Source: a virus (lineage: Duplodnaviria; Caudoviricetes). From it: DNA of 42,129 bases. Shown here one piece after another: positions 1 to 7,885 of this stretch. The stretch covers positions 1 to 42,129 of the IMG/VR virus record IMGVR_UViG_3300017937_000051, one strand, 5' to 3'. The number at the start of each line of letters is the position of its first letter. Position 1 is the first letter of the stretch. The notes beneath the pieces were generated by a model that saw nothing but the letters and a program-made list of their open reading frames with translations, searched no databases and had not been told where the DNA came from. A program made the position numbers and the translations under genes.

Positions 1-243
1 TCAGGCTGCGTGCTTGATCTTGCGCGTGGTGGGCAGGCTTTTGAGATACCGCACCAGCTCGTCGCGCTCGATCAGCGTGAACTTGCCGTCGCGCCGCGCC
101 TCGATCTTTCCTTCCCGGATGCGCTCGAACAGCGCGGTGCGGCCAATGCCGGTGGCGGCCACGGCTTCGTCGATCCGGTAGGACAGCTTCCAGTCCGGCA
201 GGCCCGCGAGGCGATGATCGAGGGAATCGGCGCGCGCGTTCAT
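1..243 (-). CDS. Excisionase-like helix-turn-helix DNA-binding protein (80 aa)
   Basis: LSYRIDEAVAATGIGRTALFERIREGKIEARRDGKFTLIERDELVRYL is a typical xis/HTH_17 pattern; ATG at 243 overlaps the upstream stop; last gene of the leftward operon. Confidence 0.8.
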   Translation of the reverse strand: MNARADSLDHRLAGLPDWKLSYRIDEAVAATGIGRTALFERIREGKIEARRDGKFTLIERDELVRYLKSLPTTRKIKHAA

Positions 244-608
244 TCTCCGGCGATCCTTTCGAATTCGATGCGGGTGACGTCGCTGTCGGGCGTGCAGCCG
301 GCGTGCGAGCGACAGAAGAATTCCACGAACTCTTCCGGCGTCATGGCGGGGAAGCCTTCGCGGCGCACCTCGTTGCGGCCGTAGCAGGTGGCGTCGAGCA
401 TCTTGCGCAAGGGTTCGCGCCGCGCGCTGACGACGCGGATGAGGCCCAGCTTCTTCACCGTCTCGCCCTTTTTCAGCCCCATGCCCTTTTCGACGGCGCA
501 GAGAATGTCGCCCGCCTTCAGATCCTTCCACGCGAGGCGGCGCGTGACATCCTTGGAGCCGTCGCGGAACTGCGCGGTGGTGAGCGCGAAGGAGATGTTG
601 CGGGGCAT
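240..608 (-). CDS. ASCH-domain protein
   Basis: N-terminal ISF...GSKDVTRR (GxKxxTxR) and C-terminal EVRREGF...F.EFF...VTRIEF motifs. Confidence 0.75.
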   Translation of the reverse strand: MPRNISFALTTAQFRDGSKDVTRRLAWKDLKAGDILCAVEKGMGLKKGETVKKLGLIRVVSARREPLRKMLDATCYGRNEVRREGFPAMTPEEFVEFFCRSHAGCTPDSDVTRIEFERIAGE

Positions 609-826
609 CAGGCTTTGTTCCGTAGCTTGAGCGGCATGCGTTCGACGTTCACGCGCGCATCCGGGTTGCTGGGCGTGCGCACGAAGGGCCAGCGCGCGCG
701 GTCGGGCGCGGCGTGGCCCTGGGCTTCGTCGCGGCGGTGCCAGACATCGTCGAGATAGCGCGCTTCGCTCACGCCCTCGCGCAGCGCCTTCATCGCCATG
801 CGCCCCTGATCGTCGATCTCGATCAT
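608..826 (-). CDS. Hypothetical phage protein (72 aa)
   Basis: Translationally coupled ORF in the leftward operon. Confidence 0.55.
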   Translation of the reverse strand: MIEIDDQGRMAMKALREGVSEARYLDDVWHRRDEAQGHAAPDRARWPFVRTPSNPDARVNVERMPLKLRNKA

Positions 827-832
827 GCCCGG

Positions 833-1084
833 TTACTCCGCGTAGCCGTCGATGTCGGTGCCGGCGTAGGTGCGCAGCTGATCGAGCGCGCTGTGGCCGC
901 GCAGGATGTCCACCTGTTGCAGCGCGCCCTCGATCTCGACTTCGCCGCGCAGCACCAGGGTGAGCTCGTGGCGGCGGCTGGACAGGTTCAAGGTCACGCT
1001 GGTGACTCCCTGCATGGGCTTGCCGTCCATTTCGATGCGGCAGTCGGCATTCTCAGCGCCGCCGACGATGCGGAATTTGTGCAT
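833..1084 (-). CDS. Hypothetical phage protein (83 aa, MHKFRIVGG...)
   Basis: ATG at 1084 preceded by AAGGAAGGG; protein-like C-terminal part of ORF 833..1480. Confidence 0.55.
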   Translation of the reverse strand: MHKFRIVGGAENADCRIEMDGKPMQGVTSVTLNLSSRRHELTLVLRGEVEIEGALQQVDILRGHSALDQLRTYAGTDIDGYAE

Positions 1085-1350
1085 GAGACCCTTCCTTTTT
1101 CCGTGAGGCTGGCGCGCTGTTCGGCAAGGGTGAGATGGCCCTCGCGGCGCAGCGCGCGGATGGTGTGATAGATGCCGTTGACCGATTTGAAGCCGAGCGC
1201 CGCGCCGATCTCCGACACGCGCGGCCCGCGGCCCTTCTGCTCTTCGTAGAGGCGCACGAAGGAGACGATAAGGTTCTGCGTGCGCGTGAGCGCGGCGTTC
1301 TTCACCACCGGCGCGATGCGCCCGCCGCAGTTCGGGCAGTGGAGCGTCAT
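994..1350 (-). CDS. LexA-like winged-helix DNA-binding protein with N-terminal CxxC, no peptidase domain
   Basis: LTRTQNLIVSFVRLYEEQKGRGPRVSEIGAALGFKSVNGIYHTIRALRREGHL resembles the LexA DNA-binding domain; GGAGG upstream. Confidence 0.7.
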   Translation of the reverse strand: MTLHCPNCGGRIAPVVKNAALTRTQNLIVSFVRLYEEQKGRGPRVSEIGAALGFKSVNGIYHTIRALRREGHLTLAEQRASLTEKGRVSCTNSASSAALRMPTAASKWTASPCRESPA

Positions 1351-1353
1351 CGC

Positions 1354-1908
1354 TCACGCCCTCCGTTTCGCGGCGCGATCGAGGCGGCCGATCTCGGCGA
1401 CGATCAGCGCGGCGGCTTTGATCAGGTCGCGGCGCGGGCGAGTGGGTTTGAACCAGCCGATGCCCCAAGTGGCGGGCCATGCCTTGCGGACAAGAACATC
1501 GTCCAGGCGCTTGATCGCCTTGCGCGCGCTCTCGTCTTTCGAGGCGGCGTAGGCGTAAGCCGCCGCCGCGGCCGCCAGGGAGCGGTCGGTGTGTTCGTCA
1601 TCATGCGCGAGGTTGAAGCCTTCGCGGTCTATCTGGCGGCGGCGTTCTTCCGCGATGTCCTCGATTATGTGCGCGAAGTCGGGCGGCACGTTGCGCATGC
1701 GCTTGAACTCGTGCCATCGGCGGATGATGTAGCTGCGCACGATGCTGATCACCGTCATGATCAGGCCGATGCCGAGCAGATCGGAGAAAGACGGGCGCAT
1801 GCCAAACAGCGGCAGCACGAAGAAGTTCGCGGCCGTCTGGATGGCGAAGCCGATCAGGATGTTCTGTCCAGCTTCGATCAGCGATCCGATAGGTGTTTGT
1901 GCTTTCAC
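1354..1908 (-). CDS. Two-domain phage protein: two-TM DUF7220-like N-terminus plus conserved 'ERRRQI...HDD...WP...WFKP...RRDLIKAAALIVAEI' domain
   Basis: GTG at 1908 (GTGA overlap, GGAGG upstream); recognisable conserved phage motifs. Confidence 0.65.
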   Translation of the reverse strand: MKAQTPIGSLIEAGQNILIGFAIQTAANFFVLPLFGMRPSFSDLLGIGLIMTVISIVRSYIIRRWHEFKRMRNVPPDFAHIIEDIAEERRRQIDREGFNLAHDDEHTDRSLAAAAAAYAYAASKDESARKAIKRLDDVLVRKAWPATWGIGWFKPTRPRRDLIKAAALIVAEIGRLDRAAKRRA

Positions 1909-2465
1909 TTGAGTCCTCCCATCGCGGGCATGGCGGAGAGCGGCATGGCCGCCGCCGTCGCCAGCACGCGCAGCATGTCGATGAAGCCGTCCATGGCGCT
2001 GTCCCAGCCGAGCGGGCGCAGCGGTTTCGAAAGCGGGCGCACGCCGGCGGCCTGCATCTGCGCTATTTCCGCGTCGCGGCCCGCGCAAAGCTGCTGCAAT
2101 TCGCTCAGATGCACGCGCGCATGCACGCGCTCCAGCGCCTTTCCGATCGGCACCGGCATCGGCCAGTCGAGCTCGAAGGCGGCGTAGAACACGGCGCGGA
2201 ATTTCGCGGTGGTCGGCCCGAACAAATCCTCGCCGTGATGCAAAAGGCCGTAGAAGCCGCCGAGCGCGCCTTCCTCACGGCTGAGTTCGGTGGCGACGAT
2301 CACCGCGTGCTGCGCCACCGAATAGAAGCGGCCCGGCGTCGCGCCGCCATGCATCGGCAGCTTCGAAAGCTGCTCGGCGATGTCGCGCGCGTGAATCAGG
2401 TCGAGCCGCGGATTGCGCAGATCCACGCGCGCGCCGCTCGCCATGATCGCGGTCGCCGCCTTCAT
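1905..2465 (-). CDS. HD-superfamily (YfbR-like) phosphohydrolase homologue, degenerate active site
   Basis: DIAEQLS...GG...FYSVAQH...GLLHH; the HD dyad reads HH; ATG at 2465. Confidence 0.65.
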   Translation of the reverse strand: MKAATAIMASGARVDLRNPRLDLIHARDIAEQLSKLPMHGGATPGRFYSVAQHAVIVATELSREEGALGGFYGLLHHGEDLFGPTTAKFRAVFYAAFELDWPMPVPIGKALERVHARVHLSELQQLCAGRDAEIAQMQAAGVRPLSKPLRPLGWDSAMDGFIDMLRVLATAAAMPLSAMPAMGGLK

Positions 2466-2719
2466 GCGCCGACCTGGAGCGCGAGAAATGCGCCGAGGGC
2501 GAGGGCGCTGGAGGCCAGCACCACGCCGATGTAAATCCAGCCGGTGCCCGAGATCAGCCGCGCGCGCGGCACGCGGCGCAGCGATCCGGCGTTCGCGTCC
2601 CACAGCGATTGCATGCAGGCATCCGGCGCGGGCGGGACGTAGGCGATGCCCGCAGCGCGGCATTGCGCGCTGCGGTTTTTCGATGCGCTATCGCCTATCG
2701 GCTGCTTGAGCGCGATCAC
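2462..2719 (-). CDS. Hypothetical protein with C-terminal TM helix
   Basis: Coupled to both neighbours by 4-nt overlaps; hydrophobic WIYIGVVLASSALALGAFLAL. Confidence 0.5.
   Translation of the reverse strand: MIALKQPIGDSASKNRSAQCRAAGIAYVPPAPDACMQSLWDANAGSLRRVPRARLISGTGWIYIGVVLASSALALGAFLALQVGA
2650..2680 (+). terminator. Intrinsic-terminator-like hairpin, antisense to the leftward operon
   Basis: CCGCAGCGCG-gcattg-CGCGCTGCGG followed by TTTTT. Confidence 0.5.
2684..2716 (-). repeat. Dispersed structured motif, copy 1
   Basis: Reverse complement ATCGCGCTCAAGCAGCCGATAGGCGATAGCGCA is identical (33/33) to 23447..23479. Confidence 0.9.
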
Positions 2720-2976
2720 GGCGTCACCTGCAGCATGCGCGGTTCGAGGGTGCGGGCGCGGGTCATGGCCGCGTCCCAGTTCTGCTTCACTTCCTTTTCG
2801 GACAGCCCGGCCTGCATCCCGTCCTGGATCGCGGCGGTCTGGCGCGCGCGGAAGGCGGACACGATGGCGTCGGCCAGCCGGTCCACGATGTTGGGGGCGA
2901 TGGCCTCCGGCCCGTGGTTCGCAAGCGGCAAATTTGCCGGTCCATGGGCGGTGCGGCGGGTGGTGGTTCGGGGCAT
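2716..2976 (-). CDS. First gene of the leftward early operon, hypothetical (86 aa)
   Basis: ATG at 2976 with GAGGAG Shine-Dalgarno, just downstream of the pL/operator region. Confidence 0.65.
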   Translation of the reverse strand: MPRTTTRRTAHGPANLPLANHGPEAIAPNIVDRLADAIVSAFRARQTAAIQDGMQAGLSEKEVKQNWDAAMTRARTLEPRMLQVTP

Positions 2977-2992
2977 GTGCGTGTCTCCTCTG

Positions 2993-3054
2993 TTTCGCAA
3001 CATTCGCGACAACAGGGGCAGCGCTGTCAACTCAATTTCGCAACTTTCGCGACA
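2993..3054 (-). promoter_or_regulatory. pL/oL: two 19-bp operators flanking a TTGACA -35 box
   Basis: TTTCGCAA-CAT-TCGCGACA (2993-3011) and TTTCGCAA-CTT-TCGCGACA (3036-3054); TTGACA on the minus strand at 3030-3025. Confidence 0.75.
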
Positions 3055-3170
3055 AAGCCGCGACAAAGCGGAGAAATCCGGTTGCGGTTTGGTGCGCCGG
3101 AGAGCCATCGTGCGCGCGCGACTTGCGCAAACCGCGCGCGAATCACCCCGGCGCGGGTGGCGCGAAGGGT

Positions 3171-3199
3171 TTGAAGTTCGCAGGCCTATGCCGGATCAT
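3171..3199 (+). promoter_or_regulatory. Putative sigma70 promoter for the immunity-region membrane gene
   Basis: TTGAAG-N17-GATCAT, 7 nt before ATG 3207. Confidence 0.45.
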
Positions 3200-3206
3200 C
3201 GCGGGC

Positions 3207-3794
3207 ATGGGGCTCGGCGAATTTCTGAAGCGTCGCTATCTGGCGGCGAACGGTTGGTTCGGAAAGCACGGAATCATTTTTGCGATTCTGTTGTGGTTCA
3301 TCGTGCCTGCTTCCGTTGGTGGCTTGCTGGCCGCGCTCGCCCTGCGTCTGGAGTGGTTCTGGGGAATCTTCGGATCGTTCGGGATCGCAATGGTGGTATT
3401 GTTCGGCTGGACCTTCGCGAGCGTCTCGATCGCTGCCAACAGGGCGTTGGTGCTGCTTAGACAGATGGGGCAACCGCCGTCACCGACGCCGCCCGCGAAA
3501 AAGTTCTTCAATTTCGTGCCCTACAAACACATGGCCGCTTACGCCGTGTCCGAACTGTCTGAACTGCTGGCGGTATGTGACGTTGCGAGCACGGATTACG
3601 CAGCATCCCGCAGCGGCTATCAGAAACTGCTGTTCGACGCGATGACGAACAATTCGCTCAAATACGAGGCGGAAAAAGGATGGGGTGTGGAGGGCGAGTA
3701 CGATCTGCCGCCCACCATCGGGGCGAAGATCAAGAAGCAGGATGCGCTCGCATGGGCCGCCGAAAAAAACCTGAATCTTGATCCGATTAAATAG
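3207..3794 (+). CDS. Membrane protein in the immunity region (moron; candidate superinfection exclusion or defence)
   Basis: Two N-terminal hydrophobic helices, visibly lower GC, orientation opposite to flanking genes. Confidence 0.65.
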   Translation: MGLGEFLKRRYLAANGWFGKHGIIFAILLWFIVPASVGGLLAALALRLEWFWGIFGSFGIAMVVLFGWTFASVSIAANRALVLLRQMGQPPSPTPPAKKFFNFVPYKHMAAYAVSELSELLAVCDVASTDYAASRSGYQKLLFDAMTNNSLKYEAEKGWGVEGEYDLPPTIGAKIKKQDALAWAAEKNLNLDPIK

Positions 3795-3827
3795 CGTGCT
3801 TCGGCGGCTTGCCTGCTGGTGCCGTGT

Positions 3828-4529
3828 TTAAACCAGGCGGCGCATGATCCAGATGACGCGGGCGACGATGGCGATCTCGTCGGGGTCGATGTCGCTGTAG
3901 GTCGGATAGTCCGGATTGTCGGACTTGATGGTGAGCCGCTTGGTGATGGGATGCATCGAGAGCAGCTTCACCTGCAGCACCTCGTCGATGCGGATGACAT
4001 AGCGGCCCTCGCGGCGCGGGTTCGTCTGCCCGGCATCGCACAGCGCCCGATCGCCGTGGTGCAAGGTGGGCCAGTTTGAATCGCCCTCGATCTCCAGAAT
4101 GAACAGCTGCGCGATGTTCGGCGTGAAGCTGCGCAGCTCCGAAGCGCGGAAGGGCTGATGGTGCAAAGGCGGCGTGTCCACCGCCACGGCGCCGTAACCG
4201 GCGGCGGCGCGCAGATCGTAGACCGGCACGCCCATGATCTCGTCGTCGTCGCTGCGATAGCGGCGCGTCTCGTCGCGAAACGGGGCCACGTCTTCGCCGG
4301 CGGTGGGATAGACGCTATCGCCATCGCCCAGCGCCTCGGGCGCGCGCGTGCCCAGATAATGCTCGACCAGCGGAATCTCGGCGGGTTTCAAAAGCCGCTC
4401 GCCCTTGGCGATGCGCGAGCCCTGGCTGCGCTGGCGGCCGAGCGCGTCGGCGATGCCGGCGGCGGTCTTGTCGCTGTTGCGCGCAAGCACCCCCTCGATC
4501 CACTCCCGCTGCACTTTCGCGCGGTCCAT
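3828..4529 (-). CDS. CI-like prophage repressor (HTH plus S24 autopeptidase)
   Basis: N-terminal HTH, AAAGYG cleavage-site motif, IEGDSNWP catalytic Ser, VKLL catalytic Lys; divergent from cro. Confidence 0.9.
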   Translation of the reverse strand: MDRAKVQREWIEGVLARNSDKTAAGIADALGRQRSQGSRIAKGERLLKPAEIPLVEHYLGTRAPEALGDGDSVYPTAGEDVAPFRDETRRYRSDDDEIMGVPVYDLRAAAGYGAVAVDTPPLHHQPFRASELRSFTPNIAQLFILEIEGDSNWPTLHHGDRALCDAGQTNPRREGRYVIRIDEVLQVKLLSMHPITKRLTIKSDNPDYPTYSDIDPDEIAIVARVIWIMRRLV

Positions 4530-4560
4530 CGCTGCCCCTGATTCGCTCTACCAGGGGGAC

Positions 4561-4688
4561 AGTCGCGATTTTCGCGACAGGCGACAAGGCGGGCAAAGGT
4601 CTCTGTTTGTCGCCTTTGTCGCGGATTTACGGGCAGTTGTCGCGATTGTAGCGAAACTGCTTGACGGAGTGTCGCGATTGTCGCAACG
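4561..4688 (+). promoter_or_regulatory. oR/pR: three 19-bp operators and a TTGACG -35 box
   Basis: AGTCGCGA-TTT-TCGCGACA (4561-4579), TGTCGCGA-TTG-TAGCGAAA (4638-4656), TGTCGCGA-TTG-TCGCAACG (4670-4688); TTGACG at 4661-4666. Confidence 0.75.
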
Positions 4689-4696
4689 CTCGCGAC

Positions 4697-4981
4697 ATGT
4701 CGAGCGTTGCTTCCGCCACCGATTCTCCCGCCCGCCGCGTCATCACCAAATGCGGCAAGGGCAGCTTCGCGCGCGGCGTCCGCGCCATCGCGGCGTGGAC
4801 CGGCAAGCACCGCAGCGTGATCTATCGCTGGGAGCAGCCGGCGGCGAAGGGCGGCAAGGGCGGCAACATCCCGATCGAAGACGCCCACACCATTCTCACC
4901 TGCGCGCGCGCCGAAGGCATCGACCTGTGGCCGCATGATTTCTTCTTCCTGCCCGAGCAGCTCGTGCGTGGTGCCGCATGA
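4697..4981 (+). CDS. Cro-like HTH protein
   Basis: GVRAIAAWTGKHRSVIYRW...GGKGGNIP...GIDLWPHDFF, typical of alphaproteobacterial phage Cro; divergent from cI. Confidence 0.8.
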   Translation: MSSVASATDSPARRVITKCGKGSFARGVRAIAAWTGKHRSVIYRWEQPAAKGGKGGNIPIEDAHTILTCARAEGIDLWPHDFFFLPEQLVRGAA

Positions 4982-5214
4982 GAGACAAACCTCAAAAGAC
5001 CAACGCGGTTTCCGAACTTGTCGGGCATGCCAAGCGCGTGTGCCGCGAGGCAGCGGGCAACGATCACGGGAAGGATTATGCCGCCGCGCTGGCGATGCAG
5101 GCGGCGTCCTTGCGCATCGCCTCCACCTTGCTGGAAGCCGAAAGCATACGCGCGCTGCTGGGCCTGCGCGCCGCCGCGCGCGCGGCGAAAGCGCCGCCGC
5201 CGGAGGCGTTATGA
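4978..5214 (+). CDS. Hypothetical phage protein
   Basis: ATGA-coupled to cro. Confidence 0.5.
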   Translation: MRDKPQKTNAVSELVGHAKRVCREAAGNDHGKDYAAALAMQAASLRIASTLLEAESIRALLGLRAAARAAKAPPPEAL

Positions 5215-5387
5215 GCGGGCGCCGGCACATTCACGATGAACGCGCCGAGGACCGCGCCCGCCGGAAGGTGAAGGACGCGCTCGATGCCCTGGGCCGCACG
5301 CGCGATGCGGTGCGCGACCGCGCGCTGAAGCGCCGCCGCGAAAAGCTGCTGAAGAACTTCAAGCCCTATTACGTGGAGAAGGATTGA
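5211..5387 (+). CDS. Small basic hypothetical protein (58 aa)
   Basis: ATG at 5211 with GGAGG; coupled. Confidence 0.55.
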   Translation: MSGRRHIHDERAEDRARRKVKDALDALGRTRDAVRDRALKRRREKLLKNFKPYYVEKD

Positions 5388-5390
5388 GCG

Positions 5391-5717
5391 ATGGCGCGAT
5401 CCGGTTTTGCGAAAGAACATCTGCGCAGCTTCATCGAGCGCATCCAGCGGCTCGAGGAAGAAAAGGCCGCGCTCGCCGCCGACATCAAGGAAGTCTACGG
5501 CGAAGCGAAGGGCACCGGCTTCGACACCAAGATCCTGCGCAAGGTGGTGGCGATCCTGAAGATCGACCTGTCGGACTGGCGCGAGCAGGAAGCGATCCTC
5601 GATCTCTACCTCGCCGCCGTCGGGCGCGGGCGCGACGACGGCGATGCGCTGCGCGAAGTGGAAGCGGCGCTCGAACAGCTGATCAAGGAACACGAACGGC
5701 ACGAGGCGCGGGCATGA
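5391..5717 (+). CDS. gapR: GapR/DUF2312-family nucleoid-associated protein with C-terminal extension
   Basis: [43 protein letters not shown]...EQEAILDLY. Confidence 0.9.
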   Translation: MARSGFAKEHLRSFIERIQRLEEEKAALAADIKEVYGEAKGTGFDTKILRKVVAILKIDLSDWREQEAILDLYLAAVGRGRDDGDALREVEAALEQLIKEHERHEARA

Positions 5718-6661
5718 ACGCGGAGGTCTTCGACACCGACGTCGCGCCCGCTGCAGCATGCTTCGCGGATGCGCCGCGCTTCACGATCCGCGCCGTCGAG
5801 GATTATCGCTGGCTCGGCGATTTCGGCGAAGCCATCGTGCGCGCGCTGGGGCTCGATCCCGCCGCTATCGCCGCCGAGGCCCACGACGATCTGCCGCTGG
5901 TGATGGCGGCCAATGCGCTGGGCCTGCGCTTCGCGCATATCGTGGAAGAACCGGCCTATCGCGTGGCGAAGGACAAGGCGGCGCGCGATCATCGCCTGGG
6001 CCGCGCCACCATGCATCTGTCGCGGCAGTGGCGCTTTCCGCTGCAGGAACGCGGCATCTTCGCCGCCGAAACCGGCAAGCCCGCCATCATCGTGCCGGTC
6101 GGCAATGCCGAGACCTTGGTGCGCAACGGCACCTGCGTGGTGGAAGTGCGCAGCAGCCGCACGCTGTCGCTGCTCGAGCTCGGCGAAGCCTTCGAGGACA
6201 ACATCGCCGATCTCGTCGCGATCCCGCTGGACGGATCGCGCCCCCTGTCGCTCACCGGCTACACCGCAGCGATTGGCGACTTCACTGGAAATGTCCTCAC
6301 CGTGTACGGCAGCGGCAAGGCGTGGCTGGACGCGCATTTCGCGCGGCTGCGCGGGCTCTGCGCCGACACGCCGTCGCATCTGGCGGCGCAGATCCACGAA
6401 GCCGAACTGTTTGCCCTGCCTTCGGGCGTGCTGCTGGTGGAACCGCGCGCCTTCGAATGGCGCGTGTGCCGCTTCGACTGCGCGGTGCCGCGCGGCGTGG
6501 GCGAGATCGTCTGCCCCGACAGCGCGGCGCTGGCGCAATGGCTCGCCGCCGAACTGAAAAAGCCCGACGTGGCGCGAGACGTGCCGCGCGTGAGCGGGCC
6601 CGACGCGCGGGCGCGCGCAAGCAGCGAAGCGGTAGCGCATTCGAAAAGAGCCGCGGCATGA
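5714..6661 (+). CDS. Hypothetical phage protein (315 aa)
   Basis: ATG 5714 coupled; DLVA..L...LTG...L.V....WL pattern recalls conserved replication-region phage proteins. Confidence 0.6.
   Translation: MNAEVFDTDVAPAAACFADAPRFTIRAVEDYRWLGDFGEAIVRALGLDPAAIAAEAHDDLPLVMAANALGLRFAHIVEEPAYRVAKDKAARDHRLGRATMHLSRQWRFPLQERGIFAAETGKPAIIVPVGNAETLVRNGTCVVEVRSSRTLSLLELGEAFEDNIADLVAIPLDGSRPLSLTGYTAAIGDFTGNVLTVYGSGKAWLDAHFARLRGLCADTPSHLAAQIHEAELFALPSGVLLVEPRAFEWRVCRFDCAVPRGVGEIVCPDSAALAQWLAAELKKPDVARDVPRVSGPDARARASSEAVAHSKRAAA
6611..6639 (+). repeat. Dispersed structured motif, copy 2
   Basis: GCGCGCGCAAGCAGCGAAGCGGTAGCGCA; last 22 nt identical to the copy at 24934..24962. Confidence 0.85.
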
Positions 6662-6855
6662 GCGATGTCGTCACCATCGCGCCGAGAGCGGCACAGGCGA
6701 AGATCGACGCGCTGCAACTCGAACTGCGCGGCCTCGAAGCCATCATGCGCGGCGCGTATCAGGCGCTGGTGGAAGGCCGCCGCGGCGATGCGCTGAACCT
6801 GCTGCGCCCCAAGACCGTCACCGCCCCGATCGCGGCAAGCGGAGACACGGCATGA
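6658..6855 (+). CDS. Hypothetical protein (65 aa)
   Basis: ATGA-coupled on both sides. Confidence 0.55.
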   Translation: MSDVVTIAPRAAQAKIDALQLELRGLEAIMRGAYQALVEGRRGDALNLLRPKTVTAPIAASGDTA

Positions 6856-7709
6856 GCGAACTGGAACCGCTGCAGCGTCTTACCTTCGACAGCGCACCCG
6901 AAAGGGCGAAGACCATCGGCGAGCGTGGCGAGCTGGCATGGCTTCCGCTCAAGCATCTCTTCATCGACCCGGCCTATCAGCGCGCGATCCTGAAAACCGG
7001 CAAGGCCAACATCAAGCGCATGATCGAACAGTTCTCGTGGGAGCGGTTCGGCGCCTGCGTGGTGGCGAAACGCGGCAAGGACCGCTTCGCCATCATCGAT
7101 GGCCAGCACCGCGCGACCGCCGCCTTCAATCTCGGTCTTTCCGATGTGCCGTGCCTGATCCTGAAAGGTGGCCGCGAGGCCGAAGCGCGGGCATTCAACG
7201 CCATCAACGCCAACGTTACCCGCATTCACGCGCTGCAGAGCTTCCGCGCGGCTGTCGCCGGCGGCGACAAGGATGCGCTCGCCGTATATCGCGCCTGCGC
7301 GGAAGCGGGCGTCAGCATCGCGCCCTATCCCAAGCCCGAGCTGAAGCCGGGCGAGACGCAGGCGCTGCTCGCGATCCGGCAATGCCTGACGCGGCACGGC
7401 CATGCGGCGACGGTGACGGCGCTGATGGTGCTGCGCGCCGCGGATGCCGAAGCATCGCTGCCGGGCGTTGCCGTGAAAGCCTTGTGCGAGATCGCGCCGA
7501 AGCATCCGGAGTGGAACAGGGATGCGGCGAAGATCGGCGGCTACCTGGCGCGGGCGGGCAACATGGCCGCGCTGCTGATGAAGACCGCCGAGCGCAAGCA
7601 CCTGCGCGGCGGCGCGGAGTGGAAGAACTTCGCCGAGATCGTGGAAGCGGCGGTCGCATCCGGGCAGCGCACGGCGAACATCCCAAAAGCGGCGATGGCG
7701 GGGCGATGA
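6852..7709 (+). CDS. ParB/Srx-like N-terminal domain protein (DUF6551-like)
   Basis: LFIDPAYQR...FSW..FG..VV....FAIIDGQHR motif. Confidence 0.8.
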   Translation: MSELEPLQRLTFDSAPERAKTIGERGELAWLPLKHLFIDPAYQRAILKTGKANIKRMIEQFSWERFGACVVAKRGKDRFAIIDGQHRATAAFNLGLSDVPCLILKGGREAEARAFNAINANVTRIHALQSFRAAVAGGDKDALAVYRACAEAGVSIAPYPKPELKPGETQALLAIRQCLTRHGHAATVTALMVLRAADAEASLPGVAVKALCEIAPKHPEWNRDAAKIGGYLARAGNMAALLMKTAERKHLRGGAEWKNFAEIVEAAVASGQRTANIPKAAMAGR

Positions 7710-7885
7710 GCGGCGAGCGGAATCTGCATCGGGAGTTTGCGCGGAAGTATCGCGACGCGGAGCGGGACTATGAGCGCGCTGCGGCGCGCGGCGACCAAGA
7801 GCGCATGGACGATGCGCTCGCGCGCAAGCAGGCGCTGGAACGCGGCGTGTCGATCAAGGTGCACAATCCGGAGGTGCTGGCATGA
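7706..7885 (+). CDS. Hypothetical protein (59 aa)
   Basis: ATGA-coupled on both sides. Confidence 0.5.
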   Translation: MSGERNLHREFARKYRDAERDYERAAARGDQERMDDALARKQALERGVSIKVHNPEVLA

